5,554 bases of DNA from a virus (lineage: Duplodnaviria > Heunggongvirae > Uroviricota > Caudoviricetes). The DNA is taken from the IMG/VR virus record IMGVR_UViG_2706794685_000013; one strand, 5' to 3'. The position numbers and the translations under genes are program-made. The notes below the pieces were generated by a model, which worked only from the letters and a program-made list of their open reading frames with translations, did no database searches and was not told the origin of the DNA. This document shows, piece by piece, positions 5,450-5,554 of the stretch. The stretch's first letter is position 1. Each line of letters begins with the position of its first letter.

Positions 5450-5554
5450 TGAGGTAGCCTGAGTTTAACGGACACTCCTTCCTGAAATAGAATGGCATCA
5501 GAAGGAGCTAATAATGAGCAGAAAAACCCAACGTTACTCTAAAGAGTTCAAAGC
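5450..5554 (+). mobile_element. IS3-family insertion sequence (IS600-like), left end and start of orfA; continues beyond the window
   Basis: Element end begins TGAGGTAGCC (IS3-family ends start with TG), followed by AAGGAG and ATG at 5514 opening an ORF MSRKTQRYSKEFK..., which I recognise as the N-terminus of IS3-family OrfA proteins. Tail-fibre homology stops abruptly at 5449-5450. Confidence 0.6.
5514..5554 (+). CDS. IS3-family transposase OrfA, first 13 codons only (partial at window edge)
   Basis: AAGGAG 6 nt upstream of the ATG; MSRKTQRYSKEFK is typical of the start of the IS3-family OrfA helix-turn-helix region. Confidence 0.5.
   Translation, partial: MSRKTQRYSKEFK

Noticed and set aside
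1-5554. CRISPR array, tRNA or rRNA genes
   Set aside because: No regularly spaced short repeats and no cloverleaf or rRNA-like conserved stretches were seen.

Overview
This window reads as a degraded phage tail-fibre inversion module (Mu G-segment / e14 P-region type) with accessory cargo, probably in an enterobacterial prophage remnant. Left to right: an AT-rich regulatory region with a near-consensus sigma70 promoter and structured leader; a Rha-family regulator gene (middle masked by N, 891-1145); a 3' fragment of a lambda-Tfa-like gene on the minus strand with a small unknown ORF downstream of it; an AT-rich class I SAM-dependent methyltransferase; a second, diverged copy of the tfa 3' end fused in frame to the first 79 codons of a Pin/Gin-family serine invertase that carries premature stops; a gix/pix-like crossover site; a tail-fibre variable cassette (part masked by N, 3391-3695, with an in-frame amber); two convergent intact tfa genes separated by a hairpin terminator; and a second tail-fibre cassette fragment cut by an IS3-family element that runs off the window. 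No rRNA, tRNA or CRISPR array was seen. The inversion switch looks frozen: invertase dead, only one crossover site present, both fibre cassettes damaged. The methyltransferase between duplicated tfa ends is the most interesting cargo. All calls are from reading and hand-translating the sequence; no database search was possible.
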